Assembly (NCBI RefSeq): GCF_964355755.1
Contig: NC_092676.1
Location: 3,263,888-3,327,887 of the forward strand
Direction: 5' to 3'
From: Antedon mediterranea
Taxonomy: Eukaryota; Animalia; Echinodermata
DNA length: 64,000 nt
Positions 25,101 to 40,485 of this stretch are shown piece by piece. How positions within the stretch are numbered: the first letter of the stretch is position 1; every line of letters begins with the position of its first letter. The translations under genes were made by a program, and so were the position numbers. Under the pieces are notes generated by a model. That model had not been told where the DNA came from. It saw only the letters and a program-made list of their open reading frames with translations, and searched no databases.

Positions 25101-28100
25101 ATTAGAAGCAGCAATGTAGTTTAGTTGGTTGTAGAACATATTTAAACAGGGAAATACAGTTCAGTTTAGTTATTTTCTGTATAGGAAAACAATTAAAAAC
25201 ATCAATTCAGTTTAGTATAGTTTAGTTAATTGTACTGTAGGACAAATTTAAACACAGCAATGGAATTTAGTTGGTTGTGAAACAAAAGTGAACATAGTTT
25301 AGTTTGGTTAATTGTTGTAGGACAAATGTAGACACAACAATGTAGTTTAGTTAAGTTGGTTGTAGAACAAAATTAAACCGAGCAATTCAATTTATCTATT
25401 GAACAACCCAATAATACAGGACATTCAAGTAGTTAGACATGTGTAGGGGTACAGTTATTATATAACCTATTTAGGAGTACATATATTTGACAACTCTAAA
25501 ATTATAATTGGTTGAGAAATCATCTATTGAACAACCCAATAGCCATTCAAGTAGTTAGACATGTTTAAGAGTACAGTTATTATAGAACACAATTAAGAGT
25601 AATTATTTTTAAAAAATCTGAAAGTATAATTGGTTGAGAAATCATCTATTGAACAACTCAATAATACAGAACATTCAAGTAGTTAGACATGTGTAGGGGT
25701 ACAGTTTTTATAGAAGACAATTAAGAGTAAATTGTAGTTTTTATCAATTGGTTGTAGAAGAAATTTAAACACAGCAATGCAGTTTAGGTTAGTTAGTTGT
25801 TTAGGGCAAAATTAAACACAGTATTGCAGTTCAGTTTAGTTGGTTGTAGGTGAAATATAAACACAGCAATACAGTTCAGTTTAGTTAGTTGTTTAGGGCA
25901 AAATAAAACAACAAATCTAACAGTGTAATTGGTTGAGAAATCATCTATTGAACAACTCAATAATACAGAACATTTAAGTAGTTAGACATGTGTAGGGGTA
26001 CAGTTATTTTAGAACACAATTAAGAGTACATATTTTAGACAAATCTAAAAGTCTAATTGATTGAGAAATTATCTATTGAACAACTCAACAATACAGGACA
26101 TTAAAGTAGTCAGACATGTGTAGGGGTACAGTTATTATAGAACACAATTAAGAGTACATTGTAGTTTGATCTATTGGTTGTAGGATAAATTTAAACACAG
26201 CAATGCAGTTCAGTTTAGTTAGTTGTTTAGGGCAAAATAAAACAACAAATTTAACAGTGTAATTGGTTGAGAAATCATCTATTGAACAACTCAATAATAC
26301 AGAACATTCAAGTAGTTAGACATGTCTGGGGAGACAGTTATTATAGAACACAATTAAGAGTAAATTGTAGTTTTTATCAATTGGTTGTAGAAGAAATTTA
26401 AACACAGCAATGCAGTTCAGGTTAGTTAGTTGTTTAGGGCAAAATTAAACACAGGATTGCAGTTCAGTTTAGTTGGTTGTAGGTGAAATTTAAACACAGC
26501 AATACAGTTCAGTTTAGTTAGTTGTTTAGGGCAAAATAAAACAGCAAATCTAACAGTGTAATTGGTTGAGAAATCATCTATTGGACAACACAATAATAAA
26601 GGACATTCAAGTAGTTAGACATGTGTAGGGGGACAGTTATTATAGAACACAATTAGGAGTACATATTTTAGACAAATCTAAAAGTATAATTGATTGAAAA
26701 ATTATCTATTGAACAACTCAACGATACATGACATTAAAGTAGTCAAGACATGTGTAGGGGTACAGTTATTATAGAACACAATTAAGAGTACATATTTTAG
26801 ACAAATCTAAAAGTCTAATTGATTCAGAAATTATCTATTGAACAACTCAACAATACAGGACATTAAAGTAGTCAGACAAGTGTAGGGGTACAGTTATTAT
26901 AGAGCACAATTAAGAGTACATATTTTAGACAAATCTAACAGTACTATTTGTTGAAAAATCATCTATTGAACAACCCAATAATACAGGACATTCAAGTAGT
27001 TAGACATGTGTAGGGGTACAGTTATTATAGAGCACAATTAAGAGTACATATTTTAGACAAATCTAACAGTACTATTTGTTGAAAAATCATCTATTGAACA
27101 ACCCAATAATACAGGACATTCAAGTAGTTAGACATGTCTGGGGGTACAGTTATTATAGAGCACAATTAAGAGTAAATTGTAGTTTTTATCAATTGGTTGT
27201 AGAAGAAATTTAAACACAGCAATGCAGTTTACGTTAGTTAGTTGTTTATGGCAAAATTAAACACAGGAATCCAGTTCAGTTTAGTTAGTTGTAGAAGAAA
27301 TTTAAACACAGCAATGCAGTTCAGTTTAGTTAGTTGTTTAGGGCAAAATTAAACACAGGATTGCAGTTCAGTTTAGTTGGAATTGTAGGTGAAATATAAA
27401 CACAGCAATACAGTTCAGTTTAGTTAGTTGTTTAGGGCAAAATAAAACAACAAATCTAACAGTGTAATTGGTTGAGAAATCATCTATTGAACAACTCAAT
27501 AATACAGAACATTCAAGTAGTTAGACATGTGTAGGGGTACAGTTATTTTAGAACACAATTAAGAGTACATATTTTAGACAAATCTAAAAGTCTAATTGAT
27601 TGAGAAATTATCTATTGAACAACTCAACAATACAGGACATTAAAGTATTCAGACATATGTAGGGGTACAGTTATTATAGAGCACAATTAAGAGTACATTG
27701 TAGTTTGATCTATTAGTTGTAGGATAAATTTAAACACAGCAATGCAGTTCAGTTTAGTTAGTTGTTTAGGGCAAAATAAAACAACAAATCTAACAGTGTA
27801 ATTGGTTGAGAAATCATCTATTGAACAACTCAATAATACAGAACATTCAAGTAGTTAGACATGTCTGGGGGGACAGTTATTATAGAACACAATTAAGAGT
27901 AAATTGTAGTTTTTATCAATTGGTTGTAGAAGAAATTTAAACACAGCAATGCAGTTCAGGTTAGTTAGTTGTTTAGGGCAAAATTAAACACAGGATTGCA
28001 GTTTAGTTTAGTTGGTTGTAGGTGAAATTTAAACACAGCAATACAGTTCAGTTTAGTTAGTTGTTTAGGGCAAAATAAAACAGCAAATCTAACAGTGTAA

Positions 28101-31100
28101 TTGGTTGAGAAATCATCTATTGGACAACACAATAATAAAGGACATTCAAGTAGTTAGACATGTGTAGGGGGACAGTTATTATAGAACACAATTAGGAGTA
28201 CATATTTTAGACAAATCTAAAAGTATAATTGATTGAAAAATTATCTATTGAACAACTCAACGATACATGACATTAAAGTAGTCAAGACATGTGTAGGGGT
28301 ACAGTTATTATAGAACACAATTAAGAGTACATATTTTAGACAAATCTAAAAGTCTAATTGATTCAGAAATTATCTATTGAACAACTCAACAATACAGGAC
28401 ATTAAAGTAGTCAGACAAGTGTAGGGGTACAGTTATTATAGAGCACAATTAAGAGTACATATTTTAGACAAATCTAACAGAATAATAATACAGGACATTC
28501 AAGTAGTTAGACATGTGTAGGGGTACAGTTATTATAGAACACAATTAAGAGTACATATTTTAGACAAATCTAACAGTACTATTTGTTGAAAAATCATCTA
28601 TTGAACAACCCAATAATACAGGACATTCAAGTAGTTAGACATGTGTAGGGGTACAGTTATTATAGAGCACAATTAAGAGTACATATTTTAGACAAATCTA
28701 ACAGTACTATTTGTTGAAAAATCATCTATTGAACAACCCAATAATACAGGACATTCAAGTAGTTAGACATGTCTGGGGGTACAGTTATTATAGAGCACAA
28801 TTAAGAGTAAATTGTAGTTTTTATCAATTGGTTGTAGAAGAAATTTAAACACAGCAATGCAGTTTAGGTTAGTTAGTTGTTTATGGCAAAATTAAACACA
28901 GGAATCCAGTTCAGTTTAGTTAGTTGTAGAAGAAATTTAAACACAGCAATGCAGTTCAGTTTAGTTAGTTGTTTAGGGCAAAATTAAACACAGGATTGCA
29001 GTTCAGTTTAGTTGGAATTGTAGGTGAAATATAAACACAGCAATACAGTTCAGTTTAGTTAGTTGTTTAGGGCAAAATAAAACAACAAATCTAACAGTGT
29101 AATTGGTTGAGAAATCATCTATTGAACAACTCAATAATACAGAACATTCAAGTAGTTAGACATGTGTAGGGGTACAGTTATTTTAGAACACAATTAAGAG
29201 TACATATTTTAGACAAATCTAAAAGTCTAATTGATTGAGAAATTATCTATTGAACAACTCAACAATACAGGACATTAAAGTATTCAGACATATGTAGGGG
29301 TACAGTTATTATAGAGCACAATTAAGAGTACATTGTAGTTTGATCTATTGGTTGTAGGATAAATTTAAACACAGCAATGCAGTTCAGTTTAGTTAGTTGT
29401 TTAGGGCAAAATAAAACAACAAATCTAACAGTGTAATTGGTTGAGAAATCATCTATTGAACAACTCAATAATACAGAACATTCAAGTAGTTAGACATGTC
29501 TGGGGAGACAGTTATTATAGAACACAATTAAGAGTAAATTGTAGTTTTTATCAATTGGTTGTAGAAGAAATTTAAACACAGCAATGCAGTTCAGGTTAGT
29601 TAGTTGTTTAGGGCAAAATTAAACACAGGATTGCATTTCAGTTTAGTTGGTTGTAGGTGAAATTTAAACACAGCAATACAGTTCAGTTTAGTTAGTTGTT
29701 TAGGGCAAAATAAAACAGCAAATCTAACAGTGTAATTGGTTGAGAAATCATCTATTGGACAACACAATAATACAGGACATTCAAGTAGTTATACATGTGT
29801 AGGGGGACAGTTATTATAGAACACAATTAGGAGTACATATTTTAGACAAATCTAAAATTATAATTGATTGAAAAATTATCTATTGAACAACTCAACAATA
29901 CAGGACATTAAAGTAGTCAGACATGTGTAGGGGTACAGTTATTATAGAACACAATTAAGAGTACATATTTTAGACAAATCTAAAAGTCTAATTGATTGAG
30001 AAATTATCTATTGAACAACTCAACAATACAGGACATTAAAGTAGTCAGACAAGTGTAGGGGTACAGTTATTATAGAGCACAATTAAGAGTACATATTTTA
30101 GACAAATCTAAAAGTCTAATTTATTGAGAAATTATCTATTGAACAACTCAACAATACAGGACATTAAAGTAGTCAGACAGGTGTAGGGGTACAGTTATTA
30201 TAGAGCACAATTAAGAGTACATATTTTAGACAAATCTAACAGTACTATTTGTTTAAAAATCATCTATTGAACAACCCAATAATACAGGTCGACATTCAAG
30301 TAGTTAGACATGTGTAGGGGTACAGTTATTATAGAACACAATTAAGAGTAAATTGTAGTTTTTATCAATTGGTTGGAGAAGAAATTTAAACACTGCAATG
30401 CAGTTTAGATTAGTTAGTTGTTTATGGCAAAATTAAACACAGGAATCCAGTTCAGTTTAGTTAGTTGTAGAAGAAATTTAAACACAGCAATGCAGTTCAG
30501 TTTAGTTAGTTGTTTAGGGCAAAATTAAACACAGGATTGCAGTTCAGTTTAGTTGGAATTGTAGGTGAAATATAAACACAGCAATACAGTTCAGTTTAGT
30601 TAGTTGTTTAGGGCAAAATAAAACAACAAATCTAACAGTGTAATTGGTTGAGAAATCATCTATTGAACAACTCAATAATACAGAACATTCAAGTAGTTAG
30701 ACATGTGTAGGGGTACAGTTATTTTAGAACACAATTAAGAGTAAATTGTAGTTTTTATCAATTGGTTGTAGAAGAAATTTAAACACAGCAATACAGTTCA
30801 GTTTAGTTAGTTGTTTAGGGCAAAATAAACAGCAAATCTAACATTGTAATTGGTTGAGAAATCATCTATTGAACAACTCAATAATACAGACATGTCTGGG
30901 GGGACAGTTATTATAGAACACAATTAAGAGTAAATTGTAGTTTTTATCAATTGGTTGTAGAAGAAATTTAAACACAGCAATGCAGTTCAGGTTAGTTAGT
31001 TGTTTAGGGCAAAATTAAACACAGGATTGCAGTTCAGTTTAGTTGGTTGTAGGTGAAATTTAAACACAGCAATACAGTTCAGTTTAGTTAGTTGTTTAGG

Positions 31101-34100
31101 GCAAAATAAAACATCAAATCTAACAGTGTAATTGGTTGAGAAATCATCTATTGGACAACACAATAATACAGGACATTCAAGTAGTTAGACATGTGTAGGG
31201 GGGCAGTTATTATAGAACACAATTAGGAGTAAATATTTTAGGCAAATCTAAAAGTATAATTGATTGAAAAATTATCTATTGAACAACTCAACAATACAGG
31301 ACATTAAAGTAGTCAGACATGTGTAGGGGTAAAGTTATTATAGAACACAATTAAGAGTACATATTTTAGACAAATCTAAAAGTCTAATTGATTGAGAAAT
31401 TATCTATTGAACAACTCAACAATACAGGACATTAAAGTAGTCAGACAAGTGTAGGGGTACAGTTATTATAGAACACAATTAAGAGTACATATTTTAGACA
31501 AATCTAAAAGTCTAATTGATTGAGAAATTATCTATTGAACAACTCAACAATACAGGACATTAAAGTAGTCAGACATGTGTAGGGGTACAGTTATTATAGA
31601 ACACAATTAAGAGTACATATTTTAGACAAATCTAAAAGTCTAATTGATTGAGAAATTATCTATTGAACAACTCAACAATACAGGACATTAAAGTAGTCAG
31701 ACATGTGTAGGGGTACAGTTATTATAGAGCACAATTAAGAGTACATATTTTCGACAAATCTAACAGTACTATTTGTTGAAAAATCATCTATTGAACAACC
31801 CAATAATACAGGAAATTCAAGTAGTTAGACATGTGTAGGGATACAGTTATTATAGAACACAACTAAGAGTACATATTTTAGACAAATCTAACAGAATAAT
31901 AATACAGGACATTCAAGTAGTTAGACATGTGTAGGGGTAATAGTTATTATAGAACACAATTAAGATTACTATTTTAGAAAAATCTAACAGTATAATTGGT
32001 TGAGACATTTTTGGTTGTAGGACACAATCATAGCAGTTCAGTTTAGTTTAGTTGGTTGTAGAACAAAATTAAACACAGCAATTCAGTTTAGTTGGTTGTA
32101 GGACAAAATTAAACAGAGCAGCTTAGTTTAGTTTAGTTGGTTGTAGAACACAATTTAACACAGCAGCACAGTTTAGTTTAGTAATTAAACAGAGAAATTT
32201 AGTTTAGTTGGTTTTAGGACACAATTAAACACAGCAGTTCAGTTTAGTTTAGAACAAAATAAACAGAGAAATTCAGTTTAGTTTAGTTGGTAGTAGGACA
32301 CAATTTAACAGAGTAATTAAGTTTATTTTATTTGGTTGTAGAACAACATTAAACACAGCAATTCTAATTTAGCTTAGTTGGCTGTAGGACACAATTAAAC
32401 AGAGTAATTCAGTTTAGTTTAGTTGGTTGTAAGACACAATTAAACAGAGCAATTCAGTTTAGTTTAGTTGGTTGTAAGACACAATTAAATATAGCACTTC
32501 AGTTTAGTTTAGTTGGTTTTAGGACACAATTAAACATAGCAATTCAGTGTAGTTTAGTTGGTTTTAGGACACAATTAAACATAGCAATTCAGTTTAGTTT
32601 AGTTGGTTTTAGGACACAATTAAACAGAGTAATTCAGTTTAGTTTAGTTGGTTGTAAGACACAATTAAACATAGCAATTCAGTTTAGTTTAGTTGGTTGT
32701 AAGACACAATTAAACAGAGCAATTCAGTTTAGTTTAGTTGGTTGTAGGACACAATTAAACATAGCAATTCAGTTTAGTTTAGTTGGTTTTAGGACACAAT
32801 TAAACAGAGTAATTCAGTTTAGTTTAGTTGGTTGTAAGACACAATTAAACATAGCAATTCAGTTTAGTTTAGTTGGTTGTAAGACACAATTAAACAGAGC
32901 AATTCAGTTTAGTTTAGTTGGTTTTAGGACACAATTAAACAGAGTAATTCAGTTTAGTTTAGTTGGTTGTAAGACACAATTAAACATAGCAATTCAGTTT
33001 AGTTTAGTTGGTTGTAAGACACAATTAAACAGAGCAATTCAGTTTAGTTTAGTTGGTTGTAGGACACAATTAAACAGAGCAATTCAGTTTAGTTTAGTTG
33101 GTTGTAGGACACAATTAAACACAGCAGTTCAGTTTAGTTTAGTTGGTTTTAGGACACAATTAAACACAGCAGTTCAGCTCAGTTCAGTTTAGTTGTTTGT
33201 AGAACAAAATGAAACAGAGCAATTCAGTTTAGTTTAGTTGGTTGTAGGACACAATTAAACAGAGCAATTCAGTTTAGCTTAGTTGGTTGTAGGACACAAT
33301 TAAACACAGCAATTCAGTTTAGTTTAGTTGGTTGTAGGACACAATTAAACATAGCAATTCAGGTTAGTTTAGTTGGTTGTAGGACACAATTAAACACAGC
33401 ATTTCAGTTTAGTCTAGTTGGTTGTAGAACAAAATTAAACACAGCAGTTCAGTTTAGTTTAGTTGGTTGTAGGACAAAATTAAACACAGCAGTTCAGGTT
33501 ATAGGACACAATTAAGAGTAAATATTTGAGACAAATCTAACAGAATAATTGGTTGAGAAATCTATCAATCTAATCTATTAGACAACACAATATTACAGCA
33601 CATTCAAGTAGTTAAACATGTGTAGGGGTAGAGTTCTTATAGAACCCATTTGGGAGTACATATTTTAAACAAATCTAACAGTATAATTGGTTGAGAAATC
33701 ATCTATAGAACAATCCAATAATACAGGACATTCAAGTATTTAGACATGTGTAGGGGTACAGTTATTGTAGAGCACAATTAAGAGTACATTGTAGTTTGAT
33801 CTATTGGTTGTAGGATAAATTTAAACACAGCAATGCAGTTCAGTTTAGTTAGTTGTTTAGGGCAAAATTAAACACAGGAATGCAGTTAATTTTAGTTGGT
33901 TGTAAGAGAAATTTAAACAGAGCAATGCAGTTCAGTTTAGTTAGTTGTTAAGGGCAAAATAAAAAATAGGAATGCAGTTCAGTTTAGTTGGTTGTATGAG
34001 AAATTTAAACACAGCAATGCAGTTCAATTAAGTTAGTTGTTAAGGGCAAAATTAAACATAGGAATGCAGTTCAGTTTAGTTGGTTGTATGAGAAATTTAA

Positions 34101-37100
34101 AGACAGCAATGCAGTTTAGTTTAGTTAGTTGTTAAGGGCAAAATTAAACATAGGAATGCAGTTCAGTTTAGTTGGTTGTATGAGAAATTTAAACACAGCA
34201 ATGCAGTTCAGTTTAGTTAGTTGTTAAGGGCAAAATTAAACATAGGAATGCAGTTCAGTTTAGTTGGTTTTATGAGAAACTTAAACACAGCAATGCAGTT
34301 CAGTTTAGTTGGTTGTATGAGAAATTTAAACACAGCAATGCAGTTCAGTTTAGTTGGTTGTATGAGAAATTTAAACACAGCAATGCAGTTCAGTTTAGTT
34401 GGTTGTATGAGAAATTTAAACACAGCAATGCAGTTCAGTTTAGTTAGTTGCTTTAGGACAAAGTTAAACAAAGAATTCAGTTTAGTTAATTACTTACGAC
34501 AAAATTAAACAGAGGAATGCAGTTCAATTTAGTTAGTTGTTTAGGGCAAAAATAAAACACAGCACATCTAACAGTATAATTGGTTGAGAAATCATCTGTA
34601 GAACAACTAAAAAATACAGGACAATCAAGTACTTAGATAGGTCTAGGGGTACAGTTATTATAGAACACAAGAGTACATATTTTAGACAAATCTAAAAGTA
34701 TAATTGGTTGAAAAATCATCCATTAAACAACCCAATAATACAGGACATTCAAGTAGTTAGACATGTGTAGGGGTACAGTTATTATATAACCCATTTTGGA
34801 GTACATATTTGACAACTCTAACAGTATAATTGGTTGAGAAATCATCTATTGAACAACCCAATAGCCATTCAAGTAGACATGTGTAAGGATACAGTTATTA
34901 TAGAACACAATTAAGAGTACATATTTTAGACAAATCTAACAGAATAATAATACAGGACATTCAAGTAGTTAGACATGTGTAGGGGTAATAGTTATTATAG
35001 AACACAATTAGGATTACATATTTTAGAAAAATCTAACAGTATAATTGGTTGAGACATTTTTGGTTGTAGGACGCAATCACAGCAGTTTAGTTTGGTTGGT
35101 TGTAGAACAAAATTAAACAGAGCAATTCAGTTTAGTTTAGTTGGTTGTAGGACAAAATTAAACACAGCAGCTTAGTTTAGTTTAGTTGGTTGTAGAACAC
35201 AATTTAACACAGCAGCACAGTTTAGTTTAGTAATTAAACAGAGAAATTTAGTTTAGTTGGTTTTAGGACACAATTAAACACAGCAGTTCAGTTTAGTTTA
35301 GAACAAAATAAACAGAGAAATTCAGTTTAGTTTAGTTGGTTGTAGGACACAATTTAACAGAGTAATTCAGTTTGTTTTATTTGGTTGTAGAACAACATTA
35401 AACACAGCAATTCTAATTTAGCTTAGTTGGCTGTAGGACACAATTAAACAGAGTAATTCAGTTTAGTTTAGTTGGTTGTAAGACACAATTAAATATAGCA
35501 ATTCAGTTTAGTTTAGTTGGTTTTAGGACACAATTAAACATAGCAATTCAGTGTAGTTTAGTTGGTTTTAGGACACAATTAAACATAGCAATTCAGTTTA
35601 GTTTAGTTGGTTTTAGGACACAATTAAACAGAGTAATTCAGTTTAGTTTAGTTGGTTGTAAGACACAATTAAACATAGCAATTCAGTTTAGTTTAGTTGG
35701 TTGTAGGACACAATTAAACAGAGCAATTCAGTTTAGTTTAGTTGGTTGTAGGACACAATTAAACAGAGCAATTCAGTTTAGTTTAGTTGGTTTTAGGACA
35801 CAATTAAACAGAGCAATTCAGTTTAGTTTAGTTGGTTGTAGGACACAATTAAACAGAGCAATTCAGTTTAGTTTAGTTGGTTTTAGGACACAATTAAACA
35901 CAGCAGTTCAGCTCAGTTCAGTTTAGTTGTTTGTAGAACAAAATGAAACAGAGCAATTCAGTTTAGTTTAGTTGGTTGTAAGACACAATTAAACAGAGCA
36001 ATTCAGTTTAGTTTAGTTGGTTGTAGGACACAATTAAACAGAGCAATTCAGGTTAGTTTAGTTGGTTTTAGGACACAATTAAACAGAGCAATTCAGTTTA
36101 GTTTAGTTGGTTGTAGGACACAATTAAACATAGCAATTCAGTTTAGTTTAGTTGGTTTTAGGACACAATTAAACATAGCAATTCAGTGTAGTTTAGTTGG
36201 TTGTAGGACACAATTAAACAGAGCAATTCAGTTTAGTTTAGTTGGTTGTAGGACACAATTAAACATAGCAATTCAGTTTAGTTTAGTTGGTTGTAGGACA
36301 CAATTAAACAGAGCAATTCAGGTTAGTTTAGTTGGTTGTAGGACACAATTAAACAGAGCAATTCAGTTTAGTTTAGTTGGTTGTAGGACACAATTAAACA
36401 TAGCAGTTCAGTTTAGTCTAGTTTGTTGTAGAACAAAATTAAACAGAGCAATTCAGTTTAGATTAGTTGGTTGTAGGACACAATTAAACACAGCAATTCA
36501 TCTATTAGCCAAAACAATAATACAGAGCATTCAAATATTTAGACATATGTAGGGGTACAGTTATTGTAGACAACAATTAAGATAATATATTTTAGACAAA
36601 TTTAAAAGTATAATTGGTTGGGAAATTATCTAGTAGACAACAAAACAATACAGAACATTCATATATTTAGACTTGTGCAATTCAGTTTAGTTTAGTTGGT
36701 TGTAAGACACAATTAAACATAGCAATTCAGTTTAGTTTAGTTGGTTGTAAGACAAAATTAAATAGAGAAGTTTATTTAAGTGGTTGTAGAACAAAATTAA
36801 ACAGAGCAATTCAGTTTAGTTTAGTTGGTTGTAGGACAAAATTAAACACAGCAGTTCAGGTTATAGGACACAATTAAGAGTAAATATTTGAGACAAATCT
36901 AACAGAATAATTGGTTGAGAAATCTATCAATCTAATCTATTAGACAACACAATATTACAGCACATTCAAGTAGTTAAACATGTGTAGGGGTAGAGTTCTT
37001 ATAGAACCCATTTGGGAGTACATATTTTAAACATATTTAACAGTGTAATTGGTTAAGAAATTATCTATTAGACAACACAATAATACAGAGCATTCAAGTA

Positions 37101-37870
37101 GTTAGACATGTGTAGGGGGACAGTTATTATAGAACACAATTAAGAGTACATTGTAGTTTGATCTATTGGTTGTAGGATAAATTTAAACACAGCAATGCAG
37201 TTCAGTTTAGTTAGTTGCTTAAGGACAAAGTTAAACAAAGGAATTCAGTTTAGTTTTGTTAGTTCTTACAACAAAATTAAAGAGAGGAATGCAGTTTAAT
37301 TTAGTTAGTTGTTTAGAGCAAAATAAAAAACAGCAAATCTAACACTATAAATGGTTAAGAACTTTTAGACAAAACAATTATACATGGTACAGTTATTATA
37401 GAACACAATTAGGAGTAAATATTTTAGACAAATCTGAAGTATAATTAGTTGAGAAATTCTATATGAACCAACCCAATAATACAGGACATTCAAGTTGTTA
37501 GACATGTGTAGGGGTACAGTTATTATAGAGCACAATTAAGACTCGAATACATATTTTAGACAAATCTAACAGTATAATTTGGTTGAGAAATCATCTAATA
37601 GACAGCACAATAATACAGGAAATTCTAGTAGTTCACATTTGTAGGGAGGGGTACAGATATTATAGAACACAATTAGGAGTACATATTTTAGACAAATCTA
37701 ACATTAAAACTGGTTGAGTAATCATCTATAGAACAACCCAACAATACAGGACATTCAAGTAGTTAGACAGGTATAGGGGTACAGTTATTATAAAACATAT
37801 ATACTAGACAAATCTACCAATACAACTGTTTGAAAAATCATTTATTAGACAATTAAACAATACAGGACAC
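22170..37870. repeat. Complex satellite array of interleaved 45-bp and 128-bp monomers with higher-order repeats
   Basis: 45-bp unit gtaggacacaattaaacagagcaattcagtttagtttagttggtt (e.g. 32521, 32566, 32611); 128-bp unit containing gacatgtgtaggggtacagttattatagaacac (e.g. 31441, 31569, 31697). Confidence 0.95.
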
Positions 37871-38534
37871 TTAACTAATTTCTTGGAAAAAAACAATTAC
37901 CAATTTAATTATACACCCAAATGCAAAAACCAAAAGTAACTATTGTTAAACAACTGTACTTTTAGTAGTATTATTGATACAATTTTAATGTTTGCAGTCA
38001 ATTAAATGAACACTTAACATGCTTATTGTGAAACCTGGTTAAATCCTGCAATATTCTTCTACCCACAGTGTGTTGCTGTTTGGACTGTCATTGAAGGAGC
38101 ATTTTCATAGAATGAGCATACTGAAGTAGAAGTCTAAATGTATTCACCTATTCATTTGAAACTCATCAACATTATACAGCAGCAGCTCCATAGTGTTTGG
38201 TTGCATGAATGATTGGCCAGGACTTGTATTCAATGACATTTTTTAACAAACGTTACATAGATGCTTACATAGGTCTTAATTCTTTAGCCTTTCCAGGTTA
38301 AACTATTAAATGTGTTACCTTTTATAAGAAATAATTATTTTGAATTAATTTAAGCTCTTCCCTTACAGTTTGTTTTTTAGTATTTTGTAAGTTTTATTTT
38401 AATTTTTCATTAAATTAAATCAAAGATGAAATAAAGTTATAAAAGTTGTCTTCAATTCTGTGTGCACCTGCTTTTATCTAATACATACAGCTACAGATGA
38501 AGGCTGCAGTGGGGTTCTAGTCATTCCATTTATT

Positions 38535-38640
38535 ACTATTCTCTCCTTATTTTGCTCACACTGGGCAACTATTTAAAAAGCTCATCATCCTAAAGTTAAA
38601 TGACTTGCATTAATTTTATTAATCTTCAGTGTTCATGTTT
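38535..38640 (+). mobile_element. Small LINE ORF2 C-terminal fragment (L2/Crack/Daphne-like)
   Basis: Translates SPYFAHTGQLFKKLIILKLNDLH. Confidence 0.45.
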
Positions 38641-40435
38641 TTGGAAGACAGTACATCTTTAAGTCAATGTGATTGGTTTTTTTAAACTGGTTATATATAC
38701 TTGTTAAACCTTATTTCTGATTTACTTTAAACTGAAACCTTTTGTTTTGCTGAAAAGGGTCAAGTCATGACAAGTGCTTTTGCACTTCTGGACTTGATCC
38801 TGACTGCCATAATTATGAGGTTTACTACATTAAACATGAATTAAAAATGAATTATGAGAACCCTAGCACATGATGATGTTTATGGATGGAGTTGTTGATT
38901 TTCTTGTCCATAATTCTTGTAACATCCAAAGTTGTATAACACTGCATCAGTGTTGTCCACAGCGTAGGTCTATTAGTGTCTGTCAACATATGGTTTTTAT
39001 TATATAAAATGTTATCAACTACATGTTATTAACATGCTCCAATGTTATTTTCTATTTATTTTCGACCAAAAACAAGTTAAAAAAACAATCTTGTATAGTC
39101 AATGTATTCAATTATAATCTCTATTCATCCGTTTAAAAAGAAATATAACATCATGTTTGCATGTACTTGATAACATTTTGTCATACAAACTTACTTGGTG
39201 TAGATTACTGTAGAAGCTTACTAAACTTAATCTAGGTACTTGGAAATAGTAACCCACCCCACCCTCAGCTTTGTACGTCACTAATTTATTGAGAAAAATA
39301 CAAAACTACAGTAAAGTAAACACATTTGCTGATTTACCTTTATTAATTAGTTTTTATTAATGATTTTGACACCTTGTTTCAAGTTAAACACAGGCCTACT
39401 ACTATCATTTGCTATTTATTACTGTATTTTGTATTCTCATCATCATCTTTTATTATTAGTATTTCTGCACAGCGTCAGCTACATCATCTTCATTGATTCC
39501 AGACAAGACAAATGTTCTTCCACCAACATTATTAGTTGGTTATTATTCTCAACTAACTTTTAGGATGGGCTTTAAAACTTTCACATCTTTTAATAATATA
39601 TTATAATATCACAACCTAAAAGAAATAAAATAATTATTTAACAATTTGCATAACACATTTAGAAATAAAATTAAACACAGGTATTAGTTATTACTAAAAG
39701 GTACTGTAGTGTAAAACACATACAGCATAAAAAAGCCTTGCATAAGGCCTACCTAGGCTAGGCCTAGTCCTGTATAGCCTACAGACAGGCCCTGCCTAGC
39801 TAGGGCCTACCTACCTATGTAGGCTACAGGCCTAGTAGGTTAGGCCTAAGCCTAGGTCCTCTATTAAGCTAGGCCTAGTAGCCTACTACTACTAGGCCTA
39901 TAGGCCTAGGCTAGGCTTGCCTATGATAAGCCCTATAGGCCTAGGCCGGGCCTAGGGCCTACCTAGGCCTAGCCTAGCTAGGCTATAATCAAATGATTTA
40001 TTTGATTTGAAAAGACTTCGAGTCTAACAACAAAGCCCCGATATGGGTAAAAACCCTACCTGCCTAGGCTCCTAGCCTATGTTTGGTACAAAAAAATACA
40101 CAAAATTACGTACATTAATTATTTTTTATAAATAAATAAAGTTGTTGGAAAGCCTGAAATCCGTGGCAAATGGCAAATCATAATTTCATCGCACATCACA
40201 TTTCCTTTCAATTTTCGAAGAAGAAATAACGGAAGTGACGTCACATGGGCAATGAAAACTCCAACGTAGCAAACGTCCATAGCCAACGTAGCAAAATGAC
40301 AGTAGCAAACGGCCAAAAAGTCTTGAATTCGTAGCAATCGGCCATTTGAGTTCTTCAGAACGTAGCAATCGGCCATTTGAGTTCTTCAGAACGTAGCAAT
40401 CGGCCAACAAGATCTGGATATATATATATATATAA

Positions 40436-40485
<50 letters not shown>

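Noticed and set aside
34217-34508. Repetitive ORFs in the satellite
   Set aside because: By-product of the 45-bp period
25400-37000. CRISPR-like periodic array
   Set aside because: No unique spacers, no cas genes, eukaryotic context; it is a satellite
38880-38970. Minus-strand peptide YAVDNTDAVLY, faintly like a family B polymerase DTDS motif (Polinton)
   Set aside because: Too short, motif not matched, no supporting ORF
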